Notes under the pieces: generated by a model
The model's database searches: none
Told to the model about the DNA's origin: nothing
What the model saw: only the letters and a program-made list of their open reading frames with translations
Source of the DNA: Basidiobolus ranarum
Lineage: Eukaryota
NCBI GenBank assembly: GCA_040143965.1
Contig: JASJQH010000054.1
Span: forward strand, 1 to 37,179
Length of the DNA stretch: 37,179 bases
Direction: 5' to 3'
Translations under genes and position numbers: made by a program
Part shown: piece by piece, positions 24,876-36,992 of the stretch
How positions within the stretch are numbered: the first letter of the stretch is position 1
Layout of the letters: each line of letters begins with the position of its first letter

Positions 24876-25392
24876 AGTGTCATTAATCCCTCCATATTTA
24901 ACTTGTACTCACTCCGTTTTATTGTAATGCATAGAATTGATTTTTAGTTTTAGTAGACTAGCTTATTTTTCTTTTACATTCAAGCATGGCTCGATCAATA
25001 GAAGTAACAATTGATTTCTCGATCCCTGTTCCCTTACACCTCGATATCTCTGTTGTTGGTAACATCTTATTTGTAAATCGGAGTCAACCCCGTTATAAGA
25101 TCTGAAATACAATTTCTGTTTATTAGAAGCGCTTTGTGTTCATTTATAAATCTAGTATTGAAACTATTTAAATATATCGCCTTGTCACGTTATATGCCAT
25201 TGGTTTAGACGCTGGTTTTAATCGTGGATCGCATATGAATGTGAAAATCAAGAGGTCCTCCCAAGCAATTCGAGATTTTTCTTATTATTGGTTCATTTCC
25301 AGGTGACGTTTACTCATAAAATACGATTTCGGCCCACTCTACAGTATATAACTAGGAATGTTTGTGTAGGAAGCTACTCAATTCACTCAATA

Positions 25393-26358
25393 ATGACTAA
25401 CGCCACAGTTAACCTTAAAACCACCAACCAGGCTATGCCTTTGGTTGGTTTAGGTACCTGGAAGATTCCAAAAGACCAGACAACTGAAGTGGTCGAAACC
25501 TCAATCCGCAATGGTTACCGCCTTCTTGATTGCGCCTGCGACTATGGTAACGAAGTTGAGGTTGGAAAGGGTATCAAAGCTGCTATTGATAGTGGTGTTG
25601 TTAAGCGTGAAGAGGTCTTTGTTACTTCGAAGTTATGGAATACCTTCCATGCCAAGGAGCATGTTCGCCCTGCTTTGGAGAAGACTTTGAAAGACTTGGA
25701 TTTGAAGTATCTTGATCTCTATTTGATTCATTTCCCTATTTCTTTGAAATATGTCGACTTCGAAACCCGCTATCCTCCCGAGTGGCTTTACAATCCTGAA
25801 ACAGACAAACTCCCAACTTACGTTGATGTTAGTATTCGTGAAACTTGGGAGGCCATGGAAGAATTAGTGGATGCAGGCTTAGTTAAAAACATTGGTGTTG
25901 CCAACTTTAACTGTTCTTCACTTATGGATCTCCTCAAATATGCTCGCATCAAGCCAGCTGTCAACCAAGTTGAAATTCACCCTTACTTACCACAGGATGT
26001 TCTTGTGGAGTTCTGTCACAGAAAGGATATAGCTCTTACTGCATACTCTAGCTTTGGATCTATCTCCTATCTTTCTCTGTTTGATGGTGCCAAAAGTGTC
26101 CCTAGTCTTTTAGAGGACAAGATCATCCAGAATATAGCCAAGAAATACTCGAAAACACCAGCTCAAGTACTTCTTCGTTGGAGTTTAGAGCGTCAGATTG
26201 CTGTCATCCCCAAATCTTCCAACGAAGATCGTCTCAAGCAAAACATTGATCTTGACTTTAAATTGAGTGAAGAAGATATGAATGAAATCAAGAAATTGAA
26301 CAAGAATATTCGTTTTAATGACCCAGGTACCTATTTTGATTGTCCTATCTTTGGATAA
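25393..26358 (+). CDS. NAD(P)H-dependent aldo-keto reductase, xylose/aldose reductase type (Gre3/Xyl1-like)
   Basis: MPLVGLGTWK, DCACDYGNE, TSKLWN, YLDLYLIHFP and IPKS. First ATG at 25393, downstream of TATATAA at 25345. Confidence 0.93.
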   Translation: MTNATVNLKTTNQAMPLVGLGTWKIPKDQTTEVVETSIRNGYRLLDCACDYGNEVEVGKGIKAAIDSGVVKREEVFVTSKLWNTFHAKEHVRPALEKTLKDLDLKYLDLYLIHFPISLKYVDFETRYPPEWLYNPETDKLPTYVDVSIRETWEAMEELVDAGLVKNIGVANFNCSSLMDLLKYARIKPAVNQVEIHPYLPQDVLVEFCHRKDIALTAYSSFGSISYLSLFDGAKSVPSLLEDKIIQNIAKKYSKTPAQVLLRWSLERQIAVIPKSSNEDRLKQNIDLDFKLSEEDMNEIKKLNKNIRFNDPGTYFDCPIFG

Positions 26359-26707
26359 ACTTGCATATTATGTCATGCTCTGTTACCTTTAATAAAACTA
26401 AAATATTCATGTCAGAATATTGTTTATATGCATATATTTATGAAGTATTCTTTTGATTCGATCTCAATGTTGGTTTAACTCATATATTTGAACTAACATA
26501 AACGCGGGTATAAATCAAATCAGATAGGCTTTGTACTCGAAAAAAATACTGATCAAGAAAAAAAATGAGATTAACATGTCAATCTGGGAGCCTCACTCTA
26601 GCGTAGCCGAAGTGTGTACTATTGTGTGGTGGCCAAGCAGGGAAAAATTACGATATTGAGCTACTTGGTTATATTTCTAAACAGTATTAGACATCAGATT
26701 ATTCATC

Positions 26708-27821
26708 ATGACTGGTATGGAATTTCAACCAATTTTCCTCAACAGATGGACATCTCATATATTTCTGCTTTAACCGGTTACTGTTTGGTTTAGATTACGC
26801 TGAAGAACAGTTAAATGAGATTGAAGCACTTCAATCAATTTACCCAGAGGAATATGAAGGTTTGTAAAGTAAAACGAGCCATCAACACCGAATTCGTTCC
26901 AAAGTAATGTTTCCGATTTTGTCTTCCAGAACTCAGCTCTGAGCCACATTCTTTCCGTATTCTAATTGCCCCTGAGGAACCTATACCGGGATTTCCATGT
27001 AATTAACCCCGATTATACAAAGCATGTAGCAAATCCTTACTATTATTGTCTATCTTAATAGGCTCTGTTTACCTCAACGTAACATATACCCCAACCTACC
27101 CAGATGAACTTCCAGAATTTAATATTGAGGTCATTGAAGGGGAGCTGTCTTCTGAAGACCTTGAGAAACTCACCTCAGAGCTTCGCGAGATGGTACATAA
27201 TCCCATTTTTTTTTATATAATGTGAGAGTGACACTTAATATTTTATTCAAAATAGGCAGACGAATCCATTGGCATGGCTATGATCTTTTCCTTAGCTTCT
27301 ATACTAAAAGAATCTCTCATGACTTTGGTTATGGAAAAGAAGGAGGAAGCAGAGAGAGTGGAAAATGAAAGATTAGCTAAAGAAATGGCTGTAAGTATAC
27401 AATCGACGTAAATCCATTAAAGATAATTGTAGAGTAACCTGAATATATTATTAAGGCGGAGCAAGCAAAATTCGTCGGTACTAAAATTACAATTCCTCTC
27501 TTCTTGGAGTGGAAGGCCAAATTTGAAGCTGAAATGCTTGAAAAGGAACGTAATAGCAAAGAGTTCAAGGCAAAGGAAGCCAAGAAAGGGAAACTAACTG
27601 GTAAACTTCTTTAACCTATTGATGCATTTTTCATTTTCATATATCTCACAAAGTAATCTTCAGGTCGTCAATTGTTCGAGTCCGATGCCTCCCTCGCTAA
27701 ATCCGATTCTACTTACATGGACGAAGGAGATGTTGCAGTGGATGTTTCCCTCTTTGAACGTGAATTGGTGATTGAATCCGACGAAGAGGATGGTGTTAAC
27801 ATCAACTATGATAGTGATTAG
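26708..27821 (+). CDS. GIR2: RWD domain protein Gir2/RWDD1 (DFRP2); join(26708..26714,26794..26859,26930..26998,27062..27192,27256..27390,27456..27600,27664..27821)
   Basis: MTDYAEEQLNEIEALQSIYPEE, YPDELP, GMAMIFSL, FVGTKIT..FLEWK.KF and KLTGRQLFE.D. The ORF track misses this gene. Confidence 0.93.
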
Positions 27822-28088
27822 CTTATTGTTACCGTCTTTGTTCATCCGTTTGTTTCATACATGTCAACTCATATCTCCCTTCCTTATTTTTGGAATCACA
27901 TATTCAGACACCTTTTTCAATGTATCAAGGGAAGAATTCAAAATTGAACATCATAAATTCGAAGGGGTTTATTACCTTGATTAAAAGTCTGTGTATCGTT
28001 TTTAGGTGTTTATTCGATAATCTTGTAGAATATAATAATCTGGAATATTATACATTCTTTTCAAATCAGTGATTCTTGAGAAAAACAA

Positions 28089-28102
28089 ATGGATTGATTG
28101 GC
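28089..28102 (+). promoter_or_regulatory. ATGGATTGATTGGC element upstream of RPL39
   Basis: Identical to 8308-8321 upstream of RPL9; followed by pyrimidine tracts at ~28159-28187. Confidence 0.55.
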
Positions 28103-28214
28103 CAGTTGAACACACCCTTGATTAACGCAAGGTGAAATGTTTAGATTTATTATACACATTTCTCTCTAGTGATTTCTTTCTCTCCCCGGGTTTTATCCAT
28201 TTCACTTGTTTACG

Positions 28215-28455
28215 ATGGTAAGTTATATCATCCATCCAGTTGATCCATCCATCTGAATGTTCCTTCCCGTACATATGTAACTAACTGGTTCAATTCTTAT
28301 AGCCTTCCCAGAAGAGTTTCAAGATCAAGCGTATTCTTGGCAAGAAGCAGAAGCAAAACAGACCCATCCCTCATTGGATCCGTTTACGTACTGATAACAC
28401 AATCAGATACAACGCTAAGCGTAGACATTGGAGACGTACCAAGTTGGGTCTCTAA
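28215..28455 (+). CDS. RPL39: 60S ribosomal protein L39 (eL39); join(28215..28217,28303..28455)
   Basis: ATG|GTAAGT..CTAAC..TAG intron, giving [51 protein letters not shown] (51 aa). Confidence 0.97.
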
Positions 28456-28821
28456 ATTACTCGACTTTTTCTTATTCAATTCGAAACCAATATCTCGTCC
28501 CTCCTCCACCCTTCTTTGGGAATTCTTCTGAAAGGCGTAAATATTTGATATATGGCCCACATTGCTTCGTTGAAGGAATAATAAATATAATTCTATATTC
28601 TACTTGTTATTGATCATGTGTTATTGTGTTTAGTGATGACAAGAGACGGTAGTTGAATGGCAAGTGTTACGTCTATCAATGGATTTATTAATATGATGCT
28701 GTAGGATCAAAATATTCCAATTCTTGTCTCACACACAAAGTAAGACAACATAGTGATGGCTAGGTACTGAAGCCTGATAACTAAATATACAAGAATAGTA
28801 GAAGGATATCAACTCCCAGTT

Positions 28822-31306
28822 TCATACAGCTTTGCGCTTCTTAGATTTAGCTTCGAAAGCTTGAAGGGCGTTGGCGATGGATACACATGTGGGCTTGAGC
28901 ATATGTTCCATTCTTTCAACATCTAATCTTTCGATCTTCCCGCGTTCTAGTGCAGTTTTGATTCGAGCGTATACCTTTCGGAGTTGATCAGTTATACGTT
29001 GAATCTTGGCAATCTTATCTGTGGTGCTGGAGGAGGCAGTGGTCCAAAAGAGTCGAAGAACTTCACCCGCGATGACATGACAATGGGTGATTTCCTTGAG
29101 CATATCAGGAGAGATTTTGGTATCTTCAATGAAAATTCTTAGCAAGATATCCAACTTAAGTCATTCAAAAGTGTCAAAGGATATTACCATCTTGTTGGTA
29201 TTGTTGTCTACTTCTTTTCGACTGGATCAAGGTGTTCAAATTCTTCATAATCTCCACAGATGTCGTCGGCTCCAGAATTTGCTATTATAAGGGTGAGGGG
29301 TCAATTAACGATATCTCACTGATCTACCTTCAAGAAATCAATTACCGAAGTCAGCTTGCAGCGTGAAAAACTCTCTCGAAACTTGGTAAGTATCTGATCT
29401 GTATTCTAAAGTTCCTAGGTAAGTATCCGATTTGTTGGCGAATAAAATGACCATTCAACGAACCTCTTGAACATCCCCGTCCTCTCTTGCCGAACCACTT
29501 TGACTCTCAAAATATCTCCGTTGGTCACGAATATCGAGAGGGATTCTTGGAGGCTCCCCAGGGTTTTGGAGATCTTCGATCAAAATTTCTTTCTCAATGT
29601 TGGTCTGAAATAATTGAGCATTAGGAGTAATTGGAATATGATGGTTTCTTGATGAATACATACAAAATCATTTTTGTTAGGCTCATCTCTAGATGAATGA
29701 ACGAATTAGCAATGATTGAATCAACTGATATCTAAATTCAAAAGGTACCCAATGCAACGAAGTAGCTGCTCAGAAAATCGGTTGAATCTACGCATTAACG
29801 AGACAGATTGATCATTCTGACCAGGAATCATAGTGAAATCAGGCTTACACCCAGTCTGAACCATTGAAAGTGAGTGAACATTCATTGTGTTGGTTATTCA
29901 AAACAAAAAGCAAAAATAACCTCAACATGATCTTCCTCAGTAGCACTAACATCAAGTATGATGGGAGTATGGTCCAGCTTGACTCGTTTGCTAGGCTCTT
30001 TGATGGCTAGTATTGAACATGCACCAATTAAGAAATCAACATCTGCTTACTCCATTAATTACCCCATTGACTGGTTACCTTTCTCATCTTCTAGCAAACA
30101 CTTGTCAAATATATCGTCTTGTGCATCGGCATTTAGGCGACTAGCGGAGCGTACTCTATGATAGAAATTAGAGGCAAAATAACGCTTCCAGAACTCGTCT
30201 TTTGATATCTATACAATCAAATATATGTCAGATTACAGTAGATTCCATTCGTTTGAGTAGGTTATTACTTTTCTGGGGACGTTCAAGTCATACGCTTTCT
30301 TGACTAGAATAATTTACATCAATTAGTGCACAAAATTTTAGTACAAGACGTGAAGAGAATAAAATACCTGGAGGATAACGAAGAAAGATTCCTTGGATAA
30401 TTGATGGCGTTAACGTATATTTAATATTATTTCCTTCTTGCTGAACAGGTTTCAACTCTAACCAAGCAGAGGGTTGCCCTTTATGTTGACGAAGTTTGAC
30501 ACGCTGGTTTCTCAATAGATGCTACAGGTGAAAAGTCGATATTAAGTTGATGTGCCAGAGTAAATTAATGAGGTCATTCACTAACCTGCCGTGTTTCCCA
30601 AAAATCTTCTTCTGTGACATGACCCCCAAGGACCAACTCTTTATGTAGGGAGGAGAGGTCCCGATTTCTAGCAAGCAAGGTTTTTCGTATTTCGATATCT
30701 TCTCTAGTGAATGGTTTTGTGCTAAATCTAACGGGGGAGGCCGAACGACTTTTGAAAGTGGGAACTCTAAGATTCAACTTTTTTGGAACTGAAATTGGTT
30801 GACTGGATGGTGCTGGTGAGGAGATTGGTGAAGAACCAGGAGTCGAGGTTCCACCGGTGGGAGAGGGAACGTAGAGAGTGGAAGCGGGGGAAGAAGTTCT
30901 TAGAGAGCTGAGAATACTGGAGATTTTATCTTTGAAGGAGTCGCGTTCTCTCAAAGCATTTTTGGAGATGAATGTGAAAGTATAACTACCTTCAACCCCT
31001 GCTGAGGATACTGAAGTTACTTTAAGTACGACTTTAGCAGAGGTTGCTGGGCTTATATGTTGAGCTGGTCAAATGTAAAATAAAAAAGATTTAACCTGGT
31101 GCACTACTAAGGGGCTTTTATTTTGGAAAGATATATTGTGTTTGAGTATCACCTTTAAAATCTGAACGTGGAACTGTCACAGTCAAGGTCTGTGAGTTTT
31201 CTAGACGCCAAGTCAATCTTTGGTTTGTCAAAGCAATGACACCGTTTTTTTTTCTAAAAGAAGCAGGTGCGTCGATAATTACTTTTTCACCATCGTTCCA
31301 CATCAT
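28822..31306 (-). CDS. TFB1: TFIIH subunit p62 (Tfb1/GTF2H1), ~12 exons
   Basis: N-terminal PH domain (FRKKNG..QHISPATSAKVVLKV), BSD-like motifs (LHKELVLGGHVTEEDFWETR; IFLRYPPVKKAYDLNVP..ISKDEFWKRYF), MRRFNRFSE and GEVLRLFW. All exons join in frame. The start is 31306 or 31303. Confidence 0.9.
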
Positions 31307-31572
31307 GAAAAGTTGTGGACAAGTCTTTTGCAGGAAGATGGTTACCAAGTTCAAACGTCTACTCTTATTATCATTGAATTCTAATCTTCATTCCAGGGAC
31401 GAAAAAATCCCAGGGTCCTATGGTTGCTCGGAGTCATATATTGATTATTATGATAATATACTAATTGTATCAAAAAATCCATTAAATTCACTTCAATTTT
31501 TCCATATCCAAAACAAAATTTCATATGAAGTGAAAAGGAACCTTTGTTAAGCGACAAAGCAATACGTTTATC

Positions 31573-33089
31573 ATGGCAGATACAATCCAACAACAACATA
31601 AAGGTTCACTTACCATTTTACGTATCAAAAGAAAACGTACCGATGAACCGTTGGAAGCGTTATGTATGTTGAAGTAAATTTCGATCTTAGCTTTGATAGT
31701 GTTACTGATTGCTCTTTAAGTGGTCCAGGATGAGCCTACCGGAGCAAAAAAGCTCAAAACAAATAGAAAAATAGCAGGTTACTTAGAAGATATTTTATGT
31801 CACCAGTATAAGTAGGATATACTCACTAAATTTTATTCGACAACAGTAGCCAAAATGTTTAGATTAGCTGAGACTGTTACTCACGAAATTTTCGGGGATG
31901 CTGAGAAAACTTTGGAACTCAAGGTACGTTGGGAAATTCTCTATGGGTTATGTTGGAACCGATTTTGAAATATTTTAAAGGATAAACTGGCAGAAATGAC
32001 CAAATCACATTCAGTTCCCCTTCAGCCAGTCATACCAGTATCAAGAAAAGAAACCTCACCTCCTGAGGTGTTAGCAGTGGTTGGTATCTCTTTCATTGAA
32101 GTGTATTGATTTTTAGTCTCTTACTTATTCTATTTTAGTCTGAACAGAAATCTCAACCCAAGGTAGAGTCCACAAGATACAAAGTAATTAATCAGAACAG
32201 AATGGAAGACATTATGCAAGAGGAGCGTCGAAGGTAGCTATGAAAGAGATGTTGAAAGCAGGAATATTTTCCATGGCTAAATTACTTCGTTAATTAGTGA
32301 GGGAGATGGAATCCGACTTTTCGATGTTGTAAGAGAGGAAGACTACGAACGGTAAACTGAATATATTTAGCAAGATGTCCAATTTCTTGAGTTTAATCAG
32401 ACATATCCATTAGTGAAGCTCTCAAGACTGCGAAGTTTACTACTGACGACCCCAATTCCGACATTATGTGCAACTTCATTCCTATGTTACGGGAGTATCT
32501 CTCTGGTAACATTCTCGGTTAATCAGAAGTTACCGACTCTCAACAGCATGTTAATGTAAGATGTATTTTAGTAAACGATAAGCCCGTGGAGGAAGAATTG
32601 CAGGATGATGAATATGTGTATGACGTTTACTATCGGGATGATTCCAAAACTGCCAGCAACATGCCTAGTGTCAAACTCGCTTCTTTGTAGGTGGATTTTT
32701 ATAAGACGCTTTTCATTCTATGGGTTTCTCATTTCAAAATGTATCTATGCAGGATATGGTTCGACGACCCCGAGGACAATGTTTTCCTTCACGACGAGGG
32801 AGATAGCAGTGACTTTGAGGGAGATGAAGATTCAAATGGTACTCTTTAATAAGCTTTCAGATATTTTTTTCCATTTCTAACTGTGTTTATAGCCGAAGAT
32901 TATTACACGAATGAATATCCCGAGGAGGAGACCTGGACTGATTTTGATGAATTCGGAGAAGGTACGTCCCTAGGCCAACCCTAACTCTAATGACTAGCCT
33001 CAATTCTAATCTTTATGTCGCTCACTTATCCAGAGAACGTGTTCGAAAATGAAGATGATGTGTCAAGCGATGAAGATTACTACTATTAA
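31573..33089 (+). CDS. IWR1: RNA polymerase II nuclear import factor Iwr1 (SLC7A6OS family), 11 exons
   Basis: ILRIKRKRTDEPLEAL, FRLAETV, YVYDVYY and DEDSNAEDYYTNEYPEEE assembled across ten GT-AG introns; stop TAA at 33087-33089. Confidence 0.9.
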
Positions 33090-33265
33090 TACCTATATCA
33101 GCATCAACTGTATCAATACGCCATAGAAAATATACACAGTACATGCTCTTCATTTAACTTTACCAAATGCTAATAAACTACCAATCATGGTATTCGCTAC
33201 CGAAACTAAGATAGCATAGAAGCAGTTATCTAACAGAATTATGATTGCAATGGGTGATGTGAATC

Positions 33266-33320
33266 GATACTACAAGTTTACCATTCATCAAGAGATACTA
33301 CAAGTTTACCATTCATCAAG
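33266..33320. repeat. 28-bp tandem duplication GATACTACAAGTTTACCATTCATCAAG(A) x2
   Basis: Two adjacent copies read directly, 27 nt identical. Confidence 0.92.
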
Positions 33321-34133
33321 TAATGCCCAACCACAGTAGAGAATGTCTCAATAGGCAGCAGTCCAGGCCTAAGGTAACCTTTACCATTTGTGTAGCGGAC
33401 ATTCAGGAAGTGGATATCAATCAAATAGAGATCATACTTTGGAATTTGTGACGCTCACAAAATCAACGTCACCTTCATTGAAAATATGCCATCACTCACT
33501 ACTGTTAATTCCCAATTAGCCAACTCATCACCTGAAGAGGTAACCTGACAACCAGTCAAACCAAATAACTCACCCCGAAAAATGGGGGATGACAAGACTC
33601 TTTCCAAGCAGTCAAATTCAGAAGCTAAATCTTCCAAATGCCAGTCACTCTCTAATCAGAAACACACCCATCACACCAACTAAGATAACCGACGACAATA
33701 AATGATGGACATGATAATCTCACCAGCTGATTTCACCAGACAACTGCTGGCTATCAACCCTGAAAAACCCACAGCCTGGGAATATTCGAGTGTTGTGCAT
33801 ATGTATATATATATTGTCCAGTATATTGTCACCAAAGAATATCGCCAAGTAGAATGATGACGAAGATAAAAAGGAACCAGAAAAGGAAAACTCGGATCTG
33901 GTCTTTTGAATTTGTGCCTTTTATCACTGTGTATTTGTTGAGCATTAAATGACATCCCTCATTGACAGCCGGTGGCTTGTATTACTCATGATTTACTTGT
34001 GACTCAGCATTTTGTTGATGAATCTCTGTATTGGTGCTTCTTTACAATAACCATTGACTATAGCCTTCTTGTAGTGATGTAACCCAATGGTCAGCCTAGA
34101 TCCCACGTGGAAACTCCCACAGAGAGTGATATT

Positions 34134-34241
34134 CGAAGCATCCAGAAGCCTAAAGAAACATCACCCACACCACACCTATGCACACGTCTATACAATTACT
34201 GCGTATTGGTGATCTTAGTTGTGATTGTTCTAGAAAATTCA
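34134..34241 (+). promoter_or_regulatory. Heat shock elements upstream of HSP20
   Basis: Perfect three-unit HSE gTTCtaGAAaaTTCa at 34227-34241; step-type GAA-N7-GAA-N7-GAA at 34135/34145/34155; TATAAATA at 34361. Confidence 0.8.
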
Positions 34242-34429
34242 ACATACTGGGAAATCACTTGTAAAGCACGGCATGTAGAATCTTGAAATGAATAACCATA
34301 TTAGTCTTTATGAAACGTGGACTTGTTACTGTGGCGTGATCTAAGTAAAACCCATGATAATATAAATACTTCATATTCGACCTCGTTAGATCTCAAGTCA
34401 ATTCTATTATCCAAACAAACAAATCAAGA

Positions 34430-34867
34430 ATGTCTCTTTTCCGCCTTAACCGTAATGACGACTATGAAAATGAATTTGATCGCTTCGTAAACACTTTCTT
34501 TGGAGCTCCTATTGTAGGCCGAGCTGAGCGTGATAATAAGCAGCATTGGGCACCTTCCATTGACATGCATGACACGGAAAATGCTGTAATTTTAAATGCT
34601 GAACTACCTGGAGTTAAGAAGGAGGATATCTCCCTCGACATTCACGGACACAGTTTGGTTCTCTCGGGAGAAACCAAGATAAATGAAGAACACAAAGAAG
34701 GTGGCACTATATATCGCGAGCGTCGTTATGGTAAATTTAGCCGCACCGTCCCCCTCCCAAAAGAAGTTGATACCGAGAAAGTTTCGGCCAATTTCAATAA
34801 TGGTATCTTGGAGGTAAAAATCCCCAAGAAGGAGCAATCTCCCCCCAAGAAGATCACAATCTCTTAA
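34430..34867 (+). CDS. Small heat shock protein (HSP20/alpha-crystallin domain)
   Basis: WAPSIDMHDTE..AELPGVKKEDI..LSGE..ERRYGKFSRTVPLP..ANFNNGILEVKIPK and a C-terminal IxI motif. Confidence 0.96.
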   Translation: MSLFRLNRNDDYENEFDRFVNTFFGAPIVGRAERDNKQHWAPSIDMHDTENAVILNAELPGVKKEDISLDIHGHSLVLSGETKINEEHKEGGTIYRERRYGKFSRTVPLPKEVDTEKVSANFNNGILEVKIPKKEQSPPKKITIS

Positions 34868-35112
34868 GTACAACCAAATGAACAAATACAATGCTTGCAG
34901 TTTGCTTGTCTTTATAAATATCTCGGTAAATAAAGTTTGTACTTAAATCAACATGGCTGATCGCATATGGAGTATTCAATCGGTTAATTAGACACAATAT
35001 TAATTGAGTTGTTCGAATCAAACATAAGGTATGTATGTGTGGGTGAGAACATGACAAAAGCCAAATCGGAAATCAATTTGTATAATGAAGAAATAAATAA
35101 CATCTACTGTAT

Positions 35113-35954
35113 CTATAAGGTTACAGGTGCCATACCTAAGCCAAAAACAACAAGAACTATCCAAAATCCTAAAGAGACGAGGACAGGAATACGGAAGTTA
35201 TCATCAATGCCTTGAATGTCAACCAACTCGGTAACTGCACCCAAAGAACCACCGATTATACTCAACGCCCATAGTGGAATTGCAGCACCAGTTTGCCACG
35301 AGAAATCCTCGTTTTTATGTACACAATATCCCCAGAAGAAATAAGTCACCATAGAACCGACGAGCCAAGAACCACAGAAACCTGCCACAGATTTACCGTT
35401 GGAAAAACGATATGTATACCGACCCCATAATCTACCAAATATTGAAGCTGCAGGATCACACCAAGAAAGGATGATGATTGAAACCAACGCAATATCTCTG
35501 GGGAAAAAGTAGAGGGCAATAATACCACCCACTAAGAAGTAGACCACGCCATTTACCTGAGTCTCCTCTTCCTTACGCATTAAAAATCCCACCACTTTGA
35601 TATAAAGTCGATTGAAAGAGGGGAAGAGGAAACGGATAATATCAGCACCAAATGCAATGCAAAGATAAAGGATCAGACCATATACGACTTGAGACACGGG
35701 AACACGTAGTTCATAAAGGAGGAAACAGATCAAACCTAATAATTCAAAATCCCTTAGATTAGTTCACCGAAAAGTCAAGAAAAAAAATAAACTGGATCTA
35801 CTCTACCATTGGACATGTGTAATAATTTTCTAGGGATTTCCCAATCTCTACTCTCTGTTTTTACGTCATCTTTTACCGCTACCGTCTTCTTGTTTTGTAT
35901 CTTTCCGCTTTGTTTCTTCCTCTGCTTTGTTTCCTGTGAAGTCCAAGTCGCCAT
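35113..35954 (-). CDS. DGK1: CTP-dependent diacylglycerol kinase Dgk1 (cytidylyltransferase family); join(35954..35807,35735..35113)
   Basis: WEIPRKLLHMSNG, GFLMRKEE..NGVVYFLVG, LSWCDPAASIFGR, GKSVAG and IDDNFRIP. Confidence 0.9.
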
Positions 35955-36534
35955 AGTTTTAAAATCTCCTTTAACAAAAGAAAAAATAATGGAGATAACC
36001 AGAGAGAGTTTAGAAATTTTACTTGTGAAAAGCCAGTCAAAACTAGGCCAATTTTTCCAATTAAAAATCCGAGATCAGCACGAATTGGTTGATGTGACCA
36101 AGGATCCTGCGAGTCGGCAACAAGATAACCGACCCGTCGAACTCACATGTCAATTCCGATTACTGACTTCCATTTCTCCAACTCCATCTCCGGGAACATT
36201 TCGATCATCCCTTAAGCTGATCCATTCGATTGATTTCCATATGTTGTTTACTTCAGTTAGATATGGATTCTTTAGATTTCCACTAATTTAATTAAGAACA
36301 ATAGTATGATAAAACTGATTATCACCGAAAGGATATCATATGATTTTCTAAGAAATCGTTGATTTTATATAGATTAATATCAAAATTTGCCAAGTGGGTC
36401 TAGAATTCGTGTTAGGCAAGTGATCATTGGAAGGGTCATAGGATTTGGGATAACATCATAAAATATATATAAACACTAGAGTTAATTCTATTATTAGATG
36501 GCAATAGAAAATTTGCACATTCCCTAAGTTTTGA

Positions 36535-36558
36535 TTATTTGGTCACTTATTTGGTCAC
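36535..36558. repeat. 12-bp tandem duplication TTATTTGGTCAC x2
   Basis: Read directly in the intergenic region. Confidence 0.75.
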
Positions 36559-36992
36559 ATTAATCAAAGTGAATTTATGACAAATAAATGGACAAATATC
36601 AGTGCTACATCAACTTAATCATAGTAGGCAAGCGCCAGATGCTGGGTCATAACTGACGCAATAAAGGATATAAATCCGTGCGAAATATGCGGTTGTTTTA
36701 ATTAGATGTATGAAATGTTTGTCAAGGGAAGGGTTATAGTATGGGCGGCTATAATACATAATTATTAAAATCAAGATAACGATGCCATTCAGAACAGATG
36801 ATTAAATGGTTTGGGTAAATCTTTGGGATGTAGTAAAATAATGTTTGAAGAGATGCAAGAGACTACTGAAATATGGACGTATCAGGTGCAAAAAAAAGGT
36901 ATCCATTTACAGGTCAGTAATGATAAGTCCAATAGATATATCTGCCTACATAATCTTCTCTAATAAGAGATGTCTTGGTGATGGACCAAACT

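Noticed and set aside
28633-28777. GTGATGA ... CTGA resembling a box C/D snoRNA
   Set aside because: No terminal stem and no rRNA-complementary guide that I could recognise. It lies between the convergent 3' ends of RPL39 and TFB1.
29385-29427. GATACTTACC twice on the minus strand, matching the 5' end of U1 snRNA
   Set aside because: No U1 stem-loops or Sm site follow. The copies lie in a TFB1 intron and exon and are best explained as a short local duplication or chance.
35011-35019. GTTCGAATC T-loop/B-box-like motif
   Set aside because: No cloverleaf or A-box around it, so it is not a tRNA.
35809-36291. 160-aa plus-strand ORF
   Set aside because: It starts at TTG, overlaps DGK1 exon 1 antisense and its promoter, and has no domain signature.
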